Source of the DNA: an uncultured Thermoplasmata archaeon
GTDB taxonomy: Archaea > Thermoplasmatota > Thermoplasmata > Lutacidiplasmatales > UBA184
Direction: 5' to 3'
DNA: 64,000 bases
NCBI GenBank assembly: GCA_963730815.1
Contig: CAVSTD010000001.1
Coordinates: forward strand, 147,941 to 211,940
Below, piece after piece: positions 43,365 to 53,114 of this stretch (positions are counted from its first letter, which is position 1; each line of letters opens with the position of its first letter). The translations under genes were made by a program, and so were the position numbers. The notes beneath the pieces were generated by a model, which was given only the letters and a program-made list of their open reading frames with translations, made no database searches and was not told the DNA's origin.

Positions 43365-44999
43365 CTAGTGGACGCCGGTGATCTTCCCGTCGGCCGTGAG
43401 GTCGATCTCCTCGGCCGCGGGCCGGGTCGGTAGTCCCGGCATCGTCTCGATCGTTCCGAGGTAGACGACCGTAAAGCCCGCCCCGGCGGAGCGCGTCAAT
43501 CGGTCGACGGTGACGTTGAAGTCGCGCGGTCGTCCGAGGACGTGCGGGTTGTCGGAGAGCGAGAGGGGTGTCTTCGCGATGCAGACGGGACCTTCGAGCT
43601 CCCCGATCCGCTTGAGCAGCTCGAGGTCGGCGAGGGCCTCCGGAGTCCGGTTCACGTGCGAGGCACCGTAGAGTCGCGTTGCGATCGCCTCGACCTGGCG
43701 GAAGATCGAGGTGCCCGGCGCGTTGACGGGCCGGCTCTGACGACCGAGCGACGCGGCGGCCTCGACCGCCCGGGCGAGGTCCTCTGCGCCCGTGCCGCCG
43801 TCGGCGAACCCCGTCGCCTCGACGACCTCCACGTGGCGCGCCTTGCAGAACCGCTGGACGAGCTGCGTCTCCTCCGCCGAATCCCCGGGGAACCGATTGA
43901 GTGCGACCACCGCGGGGACCCCGTAGGTATCGATGTTATCGAGATGCTGGGCCAGGTTTTCGAGGCCCCGCTCGAGCGCCGCGCGATTCGGTCGTCCGGA
44001 CTCCTCGTCCGAAGCCCCCCCTTGATAGCGGAGACCCCGCTGGGTCGCTACGAGCACCGCCGCGTCCACGTTCCGGCCGAGCGTCGGGGTCACGATGTCG
44101 ACGAACTTCTCGGCTCCGAGCTCGGTCGCGAAACCGGCCTCCACGATCGTGTATTCGCACGTGGCGAGCCCGAGTTCGATCGAGAGGCGGCTGCACGTGC
44201 CATGGGCGAGGTTGCCGAACGGTCCCGCGTGCACGAGGGCCGGAGTGCCCTCGGCGGTCTGGACCAGGTTCGGCTCGAGCGCGTCGCGCAAGAGGGCTGC
44301 CATTGCCCCGGAGGCGTTCAGGTCGGAAGCGCGCACGGCCTTTCCGTCGGTCGTCAGCGCGGCGATGACGCGTCCCAACCGGGTCTTGAGGTCCGCGTAG
44401 TCGCGCGCCAGCGCCAGAATGACCATGATCTCGGAGGCGGCGGTGATGACGAACGAGCTCTCGTGCTCCACGAAGCGAGGGTCGTGACCCTTTCCGACGG
44501 AAATGTGACGCAGCGCCCGGTCCTCCATGTCGAGGGTCCTCGGCCAGAGGATCCGATTCGCGTCCACCTGGAGCGAGTTGCCGTGAAAGATGTGGTTGTC
44601 GAGCATCGCCGAGAGAAGGTTGTGGGCGGAAGCCACGGCGTAGATGTCCCCCGTGAAACCGAGGTTGATCTCCGCGGACGGTTCCACGGTCGACCGGCCT
44701 CCTCCTGTCGCGCCTCCCTTCACCCCGAAGATCGGTCCGAGCGACGGTTGCCGGAGGCAGACGACCGCCGAGCGGTGCAGGCGAGAGAATCCGTCGGCGA
44801 GGCCGATCGCCGTCACGGTCTTTCCCTCCCCGTGGCGAGTCGGGGTCATTCCGGTGATCAGGATCAGCTTCCCGGAGGACTTCTTCGCGGCGCGCGCGCG
44901 CACCACCGAGACCGGGATCTTCGCGGCTCGCGGACCGGCGGGATGAAAGTCGTTCGGCCCCAGGCCGAGTGCGCCGGCCAGTTCGTTGAGATCCTTCAT
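43365..44999 (-). CDS. fhs: formate--tetrahydrofolate ligase
   Basis: 544 aa. LILITGMTPTRHGEGKTVTAIGL, GGGRSTVEP, GPFGNLAHG. Confidence 0.95.
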   Translation of the reverse strand: MKDLNELAGALGLGPNDFHPAGPRAAKIPVSVVRARAAKKSSGKLILITGMTPTRHGEGKTVTAIGLADGFSRLHRSAVVCLRQPSLGPIFGVKGGATGGGRSTVEPSAEINLGFTGDIYAVASAHNLLSAMLDNHIFHGNSLQVDANRILWPRTLDMEDRALRHISVGKGHDPRFVEHESSFVITAASEIMVILALARDYADLKTRLGRVIAALTTDGKAVRASDLNASGAMAALLRDALEPNLVQTAEGTPALVHAGPFGNLAHGTCSRLSIELGLATCEYTIVEAGFATELGAEKFVDIVTPTLGRNVDAAVLVATQRGLRYQGGASDEESGRPNRAALERGLENLAQHLDNIDTYGVPAVVALNRFPGDSAEETQLVQRFCKARHVEVVEATGFADGGTGAEDLARAVEAAASLGRQSRPVNAPGTSIFRQVEAIATRLYGASHVNRTPEALADLELLKRIGELEGPVCIAKTPLSLSDNPHVLGRPRDFNVTVDRLTRSAGAGFTVVYLGTIETMPGLPTRPAAEEIDLTADGKITGVH

Positions 45000-45090
45000 C
45001 GTCTCTCCCGGGCGCTTCGCACCTCGAGGTACGAAGGTCAGGATGCTAGTTCTATGGACGTCCTTTATAGGAGTCTATTGTGGACCCGGC

Positions 45091-46083
45091 GTGACCCTGA
45101 GCTTCGCTCCGTTCGCGCTCGACCAGCCGACGTCGCTCGCCTTCGCCGCCGAGGCGCTTCGCCGCCGGCTCGCCCCGGGCGAAGACCTCCGCGACCTACT
45201 CGAGCCGCAGGCCTCGGCAATCCGTTCGGCCCGCGCGATGGGCGGACTGGTCCGCTCCGAGGGAGAGGCACGCGGCATCGTGATGTGGGAGCGAGCAGGT
45301 CCTCTGGGTATCGCGGTCCGACTCCTCTACCTTTCTCCCCCGCGGGCGGACGCCGGCGGGTATCGCGACCTTCTCGCGTTGACCGAACGCGCGGCCGGTC
45401 CGATCGCGTTCCTCCCCGGACCGCTGGCGGGACTGTCGGCGGACGAAGAGGGGGCGATCCTGCGGGAGCGTGGGTTCGTGCCGTTCGGCCGCTCGGAGAT
45501 GACGCTCCCTCCCGCTGTGTCGGTTCCCCCCGTATCGCTGCCCGACTCGGGCGTACTTCGACCGGTACGGCCGGACGATGAGCCCCTCTTGGCCCGGTTG
45601 CACGAACGTGCGTATCGCAACCACCTCGACCGATACCTTGCGATCGAGGACCTCGACCCTGGCCGGGACGCGGACCGCGGAGTGCGAGACTACTTCGCCG
45701 GACGTTGGGGCGAGCTCCTGTCCCCCGGCTCCTCGGTTCTCCTGCTCGACGGACGGATCGTCGCGGCCGTGATCGCGGTCCGTCGGGCAGCCCACGTCCT
45801 CATCATCGACGTGATGGCGGAGCCCGCGCTTCAGGGAAAGGGACTCGGCCGAGCGGCGCTCGCAGGGACGTTGCGGGCCCTGCGCGACCGGGGCGAGACC
45901 GCGATCGTTCTGAACGTCACCGAGGGCAACGAACGCGCGCTTCGACTCTACTCGGGCCTGGGTTTCGTGCGAAGCATCGGGCCAACCCAGGAGTGGTACG
46001 ATGCCCGACGCATCCGCGTCGAGCCGCCGCCCGTCCTCGCGGGTCAGCCGGTGGGCGCGGCTTCGGATTCCGCGGGCCGATAG
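45091..46083 (+). CDS. GNAT-family N-acetyltransferase (two GNAT-like halves)
   Basis: C-terminal IIDVMAEPALQGKGLGRAALAGTL..NERALRLYSGLGF. GTG 45091 chosen because TTTATAG (45064-45070) lies about 24 nt upstream and the longer ORF overlaps fhs. Confidence 0.7.
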   Translation: MTLSFAPFALDQPTSLAFAAEALRRRLAPGEDLRDLLEPQASAIRSARAMGGLVRSEGEARGIVMWERAGPLGIAVRLLYLSPPRADAGGYRDLLALTERAAGPIAFLPGPLAGLSADEEGAILRERGFVPFGRSEMTLPPAVSVPPVSLPDSGVLRPVRPDDEPLLARLHERAYRNHLDRYLAIEDLDPGRDADRGVRDYFAGRWGELLSPGSSVLLLDGRIVAAVIAVRRAAHVLIIDVMAEPALQGKGLGRAALAGTLRALRDRGETAIVLNVTEGNERALRLYSGLGFVRSIGPTQEWYDARRIRVEPPPVLAGQPVGAASDSAGR

Positions 46084-47350
46084 CCCAAGCGCCGCAACGC
46101 CCCGAACGCGGCCGCCATGATGAGGCCGAAGATGACGATCGCGCCCCCGGCGCCAAGATACGTCCCCTGAACTCCCACGGACAGAGTCAGGATTCCGCCG
46201 GTGTACTGTCCCGCGGGAACCAGGGCGAAGCTCCCTACCTCGTCCGCCGAGAAGACCCGACCCATCATCTCGTCGGGGACCGTGGCTTGGATCGTGGAGA
46301 GGAAGACCGTCGTGATCATCCCGGGCATGAGTCCGTAAAGGAAGACGATCGGCAGCGCCAGCCAGATCGATCGGACGAGCCCGAGGGCGAGAATGGCGAG
46401 GCCCATCGCGAGCGTGAACACGATGATGGCCCGGCCCGCCCGAGCCTCGAAACGGATCCGGGGCGCGAGGACGAAACCGACCGCCACCCCCACGGTCGCG
46501 GCTCCGACGATCGCGCCGTACCAGATCCCTTCTGTGAGGTCGAGCCAACTCGCCACGTAGAGCGCCAGTTCGACCAGCGCGACCGCCGAAAGGAAGTTCG
46601 TGACGAGGGCGGCGACCGTGATCTGGAGCAGCCCGCGTCGGCGGGCCAGGTAAGCGTAGCCGTCCACGGCCTCCTTGAAGACGGAGCGTGCCGGTCCGCG
46701 GCGACGGACCGAAAGGTCCGTGTGCACCAAGAGGAGGGCCACTTGGGCCCCGAAGAAGAGCGCGAACGCCACGCTCAGGGCGTAGGCCGGAGCCGCGACG
46801 GTGAGCACGACTCCGACCCCCACACTACCGACCGCACTCACGGTGGCCGCTACCGCGTAGATCGCCCCGTTGGCCTTGGGGAGGTCCGCGGGGTCCACGA
46901 GCCGGGGGACGGAAGCGTTGAACGCCGGTCGGAAGAGCGTGGTCGTGGCCGCGACGGCCGCCCAGCCCGGATAGAGGAGCAGGACCCAGAGCGGTAGGTA
47001 GAAGCCCGAAGGACCGGGAAGCGTGACGCGCGCGCTCGGAAGGAATACGAAGTCCGCCGCCAGGGCGGCCGTCGCCGCGAGGGACGCGAGGTTCACGACC
47101 TTGAGGATGACCCCTCGGTCGTACCGGTCCGCGAGGGCGCCCGAGAAAAACGCTCCCGCGAGCGTCGGGAACGCCGAGGAGAGTCCGAGAAACGCGAGAG
47201 CGAGGGCTCCGTAGGTAGTGCGCTCGTTCGCGGGATAGGCGAACGCGATTCCGTAGAGCAGAACGACCAGAACCGCCGAAGGGGCGGCGAACTGGAGAGC
47301 CCCCGCGCTCAGGAACGCGGCGAACGAGCGCTGCCGGAAGAGCGCCCCAT
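46044..47350 (-). CDS. MFS transporter, with an apparent frameshift two codons after the start
   Basis: ORF 46044..47096 continues upstream in the same frame with no start codon (..GALFRQRSFAAFLSAGALQFAAPSAVLVVLLYGIAF..ADRYDRGVILKVV). ATG 47350 is one base out of frame at C-run 47345-47348. Confidence 0.75.
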
Positions 47351-47442
47351 AACGGCTCAGGGGATTCCTCCTCCCGGCGGCGTGGACCCTCGCCGATACC
47401 GATAAGCCTGTCGGCGGGCGAGTCGTCGTCTGCGAAACCCGC

Positions 47443-48600
47443 TTGTACTCCCCGCACGTCCTCGAACCTTCGGAGCCTTCCGTGCGCTTGATTCACCGCG
47501 ACCCATCCACCGGCGTCCATCGGCTCCGCCTCGAGACGCCGAGCGACCTCTGGCGCATCGCCCGTCTCGTGCGTCCGGGCGACATCGTCGGCGCGTCCAC
47601 GACCCGCCGCGACCCCGAGGCGCCTCAGGAGGTGGCGGGGGCGGAACGAACCCGCCGGCGCGTCTACCTCACCGTGCGCGCCGAACAGGTAGAATTCCAT
47701 GGCTTCTCGAAGCACGTTCGCGTCACCGGTCCGATCGTCGAAGGGCCGTTCGACCTCGGCCGGCATCACACGCTCGACCTGACCGAGGGCGACGAGGTCA
47801 CGGTCGCGAAATCCGCGTGGACCACGGGCGACCGGACGATCCTCGAGGAGGGGCTCGAGCGGAAAGGGGACCCCACGATCCTCGTCGCCGCGGTGGACTG
47901 GGGAGATTCGTCGCTCGTGCGTCTGCGGGGGCGCTCGGTCGAGCCCGTGGTCGACCTGCGTCGGACGATCGCGGGGAAGCGCTACGAGGGCGGGCAGGCC
48001 GAGAAAGACCGGGGGGCGTACATCGGCGAGCTCGTCGCGCTCTTGCGCCGCGAGGGAGCCGAGGCGAGCGCGGTCGTCGTCGCCGGTCCGGGCTTCCTCA
48101 AGGAGGAGCTCGCGCACCGCCTGACCGAAGAGGACCCGGCCCTCGCGAAGAAGATGCGCGTCTATCCGACGTCGGAATCCGGTCGCGTCGGAGTCGACGA
48201 GCTGCTCAAGAGCGGCCGCGCGACCGAAGTCCTGCGCGGCAGCGTGGCGGCGGAGGAAGCCGAGGTGGTCGAACGCCTCGTCCGCTCGCTCGCGGGCGGG
48301 ACCCGGGCCGCCGTCGGACCGGTCGAGGTAGCGGAGGCGGTCGAAGCGGGCGCGGCCGAGACGATCCTCGTCTCCGAATCCCTCCTCCCCGAGCCCTCGG
48401 TCGCCCCGACCCTCGACCGGGCGCGCGAGGCCCATGTGCGACTGTTCGTCGTCCGCGACGAGGGAGAAGCCGGAAAGAAGCTCACGGCGCTCGGCCGGAT
48501 CGCGGCGCTGCTGCGTTACGACTGGACGAGCCCGTCGCGATTTACGGGATCGCCTGGATCGCCTCGCGCAGTTCCTCGAACCGGCGCTTCAGGTCCTTGA
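47443..48600 (+). CDS. pelA: Pelota (aRF1-related mRNA surveillance factor)
   Basis: PSDLWRIARLVRPGDIV, central and C-terminal eRF1-like domains, ..GRIAALLRYDW. The likely true start is GTG 47482 (VRLIHRD). The C-terminal ~25 aa overlap rpoD. Confidence 0.85.
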   Translation: MYSPHVLEPSEPSVRLIHRDPSTGVHRLRLETPSDLWRIARLVRPGDIVGASTTRRDPEAPQEVAGAERTRRRVYLTVRAEQVEFHGFSKHVRVTGPIVEGPFDLGRHHTLDLTEGDEVTVAKSAWTTGDRTILEEGLERKGDPTILVAAVDWGDSSLVRLRGRSVEPVVDLRRTIAGKRYEGGQAEKDRGAYIGELVALLRREGAEASAVVVAGPGFLKEELAHRLTEEDPALAKKMRVYPTSESGRVGVDELLKSGRATEVLRGSVAAEEAEVVERLVRSLAGGTRAAVGPVEVAEAVEAGAAETILVSESLLPEPSVAPTLDRAREAHVRLFVVRDEGEAGKKLTALGRIAALLRYDWTSPSRFTGSPGSPRAVPRTGASGP

Positions 48601-49387
48601 GGGAAAAGCGCAGGGCCTCGCGCGCGGAGAGCGACCCGTCGGTCTCGAACCGGAGGAAGAAATCCTCCTCGTCGGCCGTGACCTTGATCGACCCGTGTTC
48701 GCAGGCCTCCTCGCACGCCTTGCAGAAGATGCACTTCGGTTCGTCCGTGACGGAAATCTTCCCACCGGCGAACTCGAGGATGTTGACGGGGCAGGAGGCG
48801 GCGGTGCGCTTGAGGCACGCGTCCGTGCAGCCTTCCTTCCTCGCGATCTTGACGTGGGGCCGCGGGAACATCCCGACCCCGTGGGCGACCTGCCATTTTG
48901 CGTGCTCGCGGGCCGTCCCGACGATCGCGGTCATGTAGGCGAGCAGCGCCTGGCGGGCCCCGAGACGGACGATCGGAACGTCCGGTTCGAGGATGGAGAG
49001 GGTGCTGTCGCCGAGCGGCACGACGTCCTTCGCGTAGACGGTGCACGGGCCCTTCTTGTCGACGGAGAACATCACCTGACAGTGCACGCAGCCGGCGCCC
49101 CCGCACTCGCATTCGGACTTGCGTCGGAACTGGGAGAGGTCGGTGGGGATCGGGAGCAGGCCGAGGCGGAGCGCGACCGCCTCGTCGAACATGCTCGTCG
49201 AGGAGTCGTAGTCCTTGCTGGTCCCCTCGTCCCGGATCGGCCCGAGGTGGAACTCGACGTCCTCGATCGCGAGCTTGGGAACATCGGCGAGGAGCGTGCG
49301 GCGGATCGCATTGACCTGGGACGCGGTCATGCCTTCGATCTCGAGCGCGGTCGAGCGCGGTTTCAGTTCCTGGACGGTGATCGTCAT
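48542..49387 (-). CDS. rpoD: DNA-directed RNA polymerase subunit D (with Fe-S-type Cys clusters)
   Basis: 281 aa. ALEIEGMTASQVNAIRRTLLADVP. Cys clusters CECGGAGCVHC and CIFCKACEEAC. Confidence 0.9.
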   Translation of the reverse strand: MTITVQELKPRSTALEIEGMTASQVNAIRRTLLADVPKLAIEDVEFHLGPIRDEGTSKDYDSSTSMFDEAVALRLGLLPIPTDLSQFRRKSECECGGAGCVHCQVMFSVDKKGPCTVYAKDVVPLGDSTLSILEPDVPIVRLGARQALLAYMTAIVGTAREHAKWQVAHGVGMFPRPHVKIARKEGCTDACLKRTAASCPVNILEFAGGKISVTDEPKCIFCKACEEACEHGSIKVTADEEDFFLRFETDGSLSAREALRFSLKDLKRRFEELREAIQAIP

Positions 49388-49390
49388 GCC

Positions 49391-49774
49391 TCACACCCGC
49401 CGGCCGCGGCGACCTCCCTTCGGCTTCGTGCCGTCGTGCGGCACCGGAGTAACGTCCTCGATGCGCTGGATCCGGACCCCCGCCCGGGCGAGGGCTCGGA
49501 TCGCGGCCTGCGCGCCCGGCCCGGGAGATCGGGAGCGATTGCCGCCCGGGGCGCGGACTCGGACGTGGAGCGTGTCGTACCCTTTCTCCTTGATGACCGC
49601 GGCGATCTGGTCGGCGGCCTTCATCGCCGCGTACGGGCTCGATTCGTCCCGCGCCGCCTTGACGACCATGCCCCCGGTCGCCTTCGCGAGGGTCTCGGCG
49701 CCGGTGATGTCCGTGACGGTGATGTGGATGTTGTTGTAGCTCGCGAAGATGTGCGCGATGCCGATCTTCGCCAT
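49391..49774 (-). CDS. rps11: 30S ribosomal protein S11 (uS11)
   Basis: 127 aa. [18 protein letters not shown]...[15 protein letters not shown]. Confidence 0.95.
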   Translation of the reverse strand: MAKIGIAHIFASYNNIHITVTDITGAETLAKATGGMVVKAARDESSPYAAMKAADQIAAVIKEKGYDTLHVRVRAPGGNRSRSPGPGAQAAIRALARAGVRIQRIEDVTPVPHDGTKPKGGRRGRRV

Positions 49775-49777
49775 GGC

Positions 49778-50368
49778 CTACGAACCCTCCGCGGGCTCGG
49801 GGGCGGCCTCGACCGGGGCCGGTCGAGCGTTGAGCCGTTCCCGCAGAGCGACCCGAACCATGTGATCGTCGCTTGCGAGGGGACTCGTGGGGCAGTACGC
49901 GATCATCGGCTCTTCCGACGACGGCACGAGGTAGCCGGGTCGCGTGACCCGATGGTCCCCGATCGAGAAGTGGCCGTGGGCGATCCATTGGCGGGCACCG
50001 TTCGCCGTCGGAGCGAGACCGCGGTGGAAGACGATCCACTCGAATCGGCGCTGGAGAATGTCCTCGGTGTTGAGCGCGAGCACATCATCGATCGTGGCGG
50101 AGCCGACCGGCAGCAGCCCGAGGCGGGTCAACCGGCCGATGAGCTGGTCCGTCTCGCGACGGGCCTGCGGTTCTCCGGCTCGGAGCCGAGCTTGAAGGTC
50201 TCGGGCCTGGCCCCGGAATCCCCGTAGGATCGACTGGGCCTTCCAGAGTTCCCGCTTGTTCTTGAGACCGTATTTCACGAGCAGCTTGCGCTCCTCTTCC
50301 ATCCGGGCGGCTTCCCACGGATGCTTCGGCGTGTCGTAGGTGCGCCGCAGGAACTTGGGGTCGCCCAT
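49778..50368 (-). CDS. rps4: 30S ribosomal protein S4 (uS4)
   Basis: 196 aa. MGDPKFLRRTYDTPKHPWE...LKNKRELWK... Confidence 0.95.
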   Translation of the reverse strand: MGDPKFLRRTYDTPKHPWEAARMEEERKLLVKYGLKNKRELWKAQSILRGFRGQARDLQARLRAGEPQARRETDQLIGRLTRLGLLPVGSATIDDVLALNTEDILQRRFEWIVFHRGLAPTANGARQWIAHGHFSIGDHRVTRPGYLVPSSEEPMIAYCPTSPLASDDHMVRVALRERLNARPAPVEAAPEPAEGS

Positions 50369-50378
50369 GATGCTGAGT

Positions 50379-51146
50379 TTACACCTTCTTCGCGGCCGCG
50401 GGGGTCGCGGTCGCGGTCGCGGCGGGCTTCGACGCGGCGGCCGGGGCGGCGGCCGGCGCGGCCTCTTCCTTGCCTTCCTTGCCCGCGGCGGCGGCCGCTT
50501 CCTTCGCGGCCTTCTTGATGACGCCGGCGGCCATCCCCGTGCGGCCGTTGGAGCGAGTCCGCTGCCCGCGGACCTTCTGACCGCGTTCGTGGCGGACGCC
50601 GCGGTAGCTACGGATCATCTTCATCACGTTGATGTCGTCCCGGCGACGGGTCTCGAGGTCGGGACCGAAATAGTAGGGCGACTCGCCCAGGATGGGCTCG
50701 TTCGGATGGTTGACCATCCAGGGAGGAAGCTTGGTGGCGAGCGACCCGAGGGCCGTCTCGAGCCCGTCCACGGTCGGTTCGGGAAGGTTTCCGATCATCT
50801 CGCTCGCGTTGACGCTCGCCATGCGGCACGCCACTTCGGCGATCCGAAGACCCACGCCGCGGACGCCGGTGAGCGCGAGCGCGGTGGGCCGGGTGCCGTC
50901 GAGGTCGGTGTTCGCGAGTCGGACGATGTATCGGAAGTTCGGATTGTCGGGGATGATCTTGGTCGTCTTACCGGGCGCGCCGGGCTTTGACTTGCCCTTC
51001 GCTTCCTTGGCGTCCTTCGACTCCTTCCCCTTGCCCGGCTTTTCCTTGCGAGCCCCTTTCTCGGGAACGGGCGCGGGCCCGGCGTCCGCGGCGGGCGCGG
51101 CAGGTGGAGCCGGGGCCTCTTTCGTTTCTTTGGGCGCGATGGTCAC
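50379..51146 (-). CDS. rps13: 30S ribosomal protein S13 (uS13) with Ala/Lys/Pro-rich N- and C-terminal extensions
   Basis: Core NFRYIVRLANTDLDG..GVGLRIAE..YRGVRHERGQKVRGQRTRSNGR. GTG 51146 (GAAGGGGAG upstream) chosen. The part of the ORF beyond 51146 is junk-like. Confidence 0.85.
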   Translation of the reverse strand: MTIAPKETKEAPAPPAAPAADAGPAPVPEKGARKEKPGKGKESKDAKEAKGKSKPGAPGKTTKIIPDNPNFRYIVRLANTDLDGTRPTALALTGVRGVGLRIAEVACRMASVNASEMIGNLPEPTVDGLETALGSLATKLPPWMVNHPNEPILGESPYYFGPDLETRRRDDINVMKMIRSYRGVRHERGQKVRGQRTRSNGRTGMAAGVIKKAAKEAAAAAGKEGKEEAAPAAAPAAASKPAATATATPAAAKKV

Positions 51147-51298
51147 TCCCCTTCGGGAAGCCTCATCGGAAGGGAGCGAACGGTCCGACGAGCGTCGGGT
51201 TCGACCCCCTCCATCGAGGGCGCGGCCGCCGAGAAACCCCCGCCTATTAACGGCTTCGGCCATCGAAACGGCAGCGCGGCGCGCGAGAGGTGGGGACG

Positions 51299-51940
51299 TC
51301 AGCGGAGCCGACCGGTTCCCGAGCGACGGGCCTCGAGAACGCGGTAGCCGGAACCTCGTCCGAGAACGGAGACCGGTCCGGGCCAGTGGGCCTCGAGCCA
51401 CTCTTGGTAGAAGCGGATGCCTTGACTCCCCTTCCCGACGAGGACCAACCGTCCCTCGGAGACGAGATGCGTCGGGGTCCCGGAGAGGAGCTTCAGGACG
51501 AGGGGGCGGCCGGCGTGGAACGGCGGGTTGGTCGCGATCACATCGAACGTCTCCTCGGAAACCGGTTCGAAGAGCGACCCGACACGGACCTCGGCGTTGC
51601 GCACTCGGTTCCGGTCGAGATTCTCTCGAGCGAGCCGAGCGGCCCGGCGGTTGACGTCGGTGAGGATCACTCGCCCGTCGGGCGCGGACTTTGCGGCGGC
51701 CACTCCGACCGCCCCCCAGCCGCAGCCGAGGTCCAGGACCCGGTCGGTCGGACGAAGGTCGAGGTTCTCGATGAGCAACGCGGTGCCCGGGTCGATCCCG
51801 TGGGAAGCGAAGATCCCCGAATCGACCACGAAGCTGAGGAGCTCGCCCCGGTAGAGGAACCGGCGCTCCGCGCGGACCGACCGGGCGTGCGGCTGCTGCG
51901 TGAAGTACTGCTCCGCGACGGGAGCGTCCTCCTCGGGCAT
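51299..51940 (-). CDS. class I SAM-dependent methyltransferase (RsmC/RlmG small-domain type)
   Basis: VLDLGCGWGAVG and NPPFH motifs. Confidence 0.8.
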   Translation of the reverse strand: MPEEDAPVAEQYFTQQPHARSVRAERRFLYRGELLSFVVDSGIFASHGIDPGTALLIENLDLRPTDRVLDLGCGWGAVGVAAAKSAPDGRVILTDVNRRAARLARENLDRNRVRNAEVRVGSLFEPVSEETFDVIATNPPFHAGRPLVLKLLSGTPTHLVSEGRLVLVGKGSQGIRFYQEWLEAHWPGPVSVLGRGSGYRVLEARRSGTGRLR

Positions 51941-51942
51941 GA

Positions 51943-53088
51943 TCAGGGGGACCGCCGCCGGAAGAACGAGTCCTTCTTCGAACTCGCCGGCACGCCGGCC
52001 CCGAGCGCCTCCCGCACGAGCTCCTTCTCCCTTCCCGAGAGCGAACGCGGAATCTCGACGTGCACCGTCACGATCTGGTCCCCGCGAGAGGAGCCGCGGA
52101 AGCGCGGGAAACCGTTCCCCCGCAAGCGGAACTGGGTCTCGGGCTGAGTCCCGGCCGGGATCTTGAGCGCGGCGCGTCCCTCGATCGTCGGGACCTCGAC
52201 CTCGCCCCCGAGAAGTGCGAGCGAGAGAGGGACCTTGGCCTCGGAGTAGACGTCGGGTCCCTCCCGACGGAAATCGGGCGAGGGCTCGAAGACGACCTGG
52301 ACGAAGAGGTCGCCTGCTCGACCCCCTCCGGCGCCGGCCGTTCCGTGGCCGGGAACGCGGAGAACGGAACCGTCATCGACTCCGGGCGGAACGGTGAGCT
52401 CGATCCGTTCGACGCTCGTCGTCCGGCCGGCTCCGTTGCACGTCGGGCATTTCTCGAGGATCCGTTCGCCGGTCCCATGGCATCGCGGGCATTCCGCGAT
52501 TGACACGAGCTGGGTGTAGCCGCGTCGCTGCACCCGTCGAACCTGACCCTGCCCGTGGCATTCCGGGCACGTCTCGAGAGCGGTCCCGTCGCGGGCTCCG
52601 GTGCCTCGGCAGCTCGCGCAGGGGCCCGTGTGGGGCACGTCGACCTTGGGATGAGCCCCCTGGACCGCGGCGATCAGCGGTAGACGGATCGCGATCTCGA
52701 CGTCGTTCCCCCGGTAGGCACCTCTCGTCCGGCCCCCGCCGCCGAACGGGCCTCCGAACCCGAAGAACTGCTGGAACAGCGGTGAGGCTCCGAGGAGGTC
52801 TTCGAGGTCCCCCATGTGGGTGAAGTTCTGCCAATTGAACCCTCCAGGTCCGAAGTCGGTCTCGACTCCCGAAAAGCCGAGCTGGTCGTACTTCTGGCGC
52901 TTCTCGGGGTCCGCGAGAACCTCGTACGCCTCCGAGAATTCCTTGAACTTCTCCTCGGCGGCCTTCGGGTTCTCCTTGGCCACATCCGGGTGATACTTAC
53001 GGGCCAGGCTTCGGTACGCCTGCTTGATCTCGTCCGGGCTCGCGGTCTTCGGCACGCCGAGAACTTCGTAGTAATCCCGCTTGGCCAT
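51943..53088 (-). CDS. dnaJ: chaperone DnaJ
   Basis: J domain [13 protein letters not shown], Gly-rich linker, four CxxCxGxG repeats. Confidence 0.95.
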   Translation of the reverse strand: MAKRDYYEVLGVPKTASPDEIKQAYRSLARKYHPDVAKENPKAAEEKFKEFSEAYEVLADPEKRQKYDQLGFSGVETDFGPGGFNWQNFTHMGDLEDLLGASPLFQQFFGFGGPFGGGGRTRGAYRGNDVEIAIRLPLIAAVQGAHPKVDVPHTGPCASCRGTGARDGTALETCPECHGQGQVRRVQRRGYTQLVSIAECPRCHGTGERILEKCPTCNGAGRTTSVERIELTVPPGVDDGSVLRVPGHGTAGAGGGRAGDLFVQVVFEPSPDFRREGPDVYSEAKVPLSLALLGGEVEVPTIEGRAALKIPAGTQPETQFRLRGNGFPRFRGSSRGDQIVTVHVEIPRSLSGREKELVREALGAGVPASSKKDSFFRRRSP

Positions 53089-53114
53089 GAGACACTCCCC
53101 CGGAAAGAAGGGCG

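Noticed and set aside
43542-45581. Very long ORFs in the supplied track that run antisense to, or out of frame with, recognisable genes. Examples: 43542..45581 (679 aa, antisense to fhs), 917..2059, 3012..4544, 4611..5807, 18494..20002, 25316..26830, 25441..27237, 46825..48435, 48434..50227 and 57955..59679.
   Set aside because: Their translations are dominated by Arg/Pro/Gly/Asp runs with no recognisable motifs. Each overlaps a frame with a clear family match. Long stop-free shadow frames are expected at this GC content.
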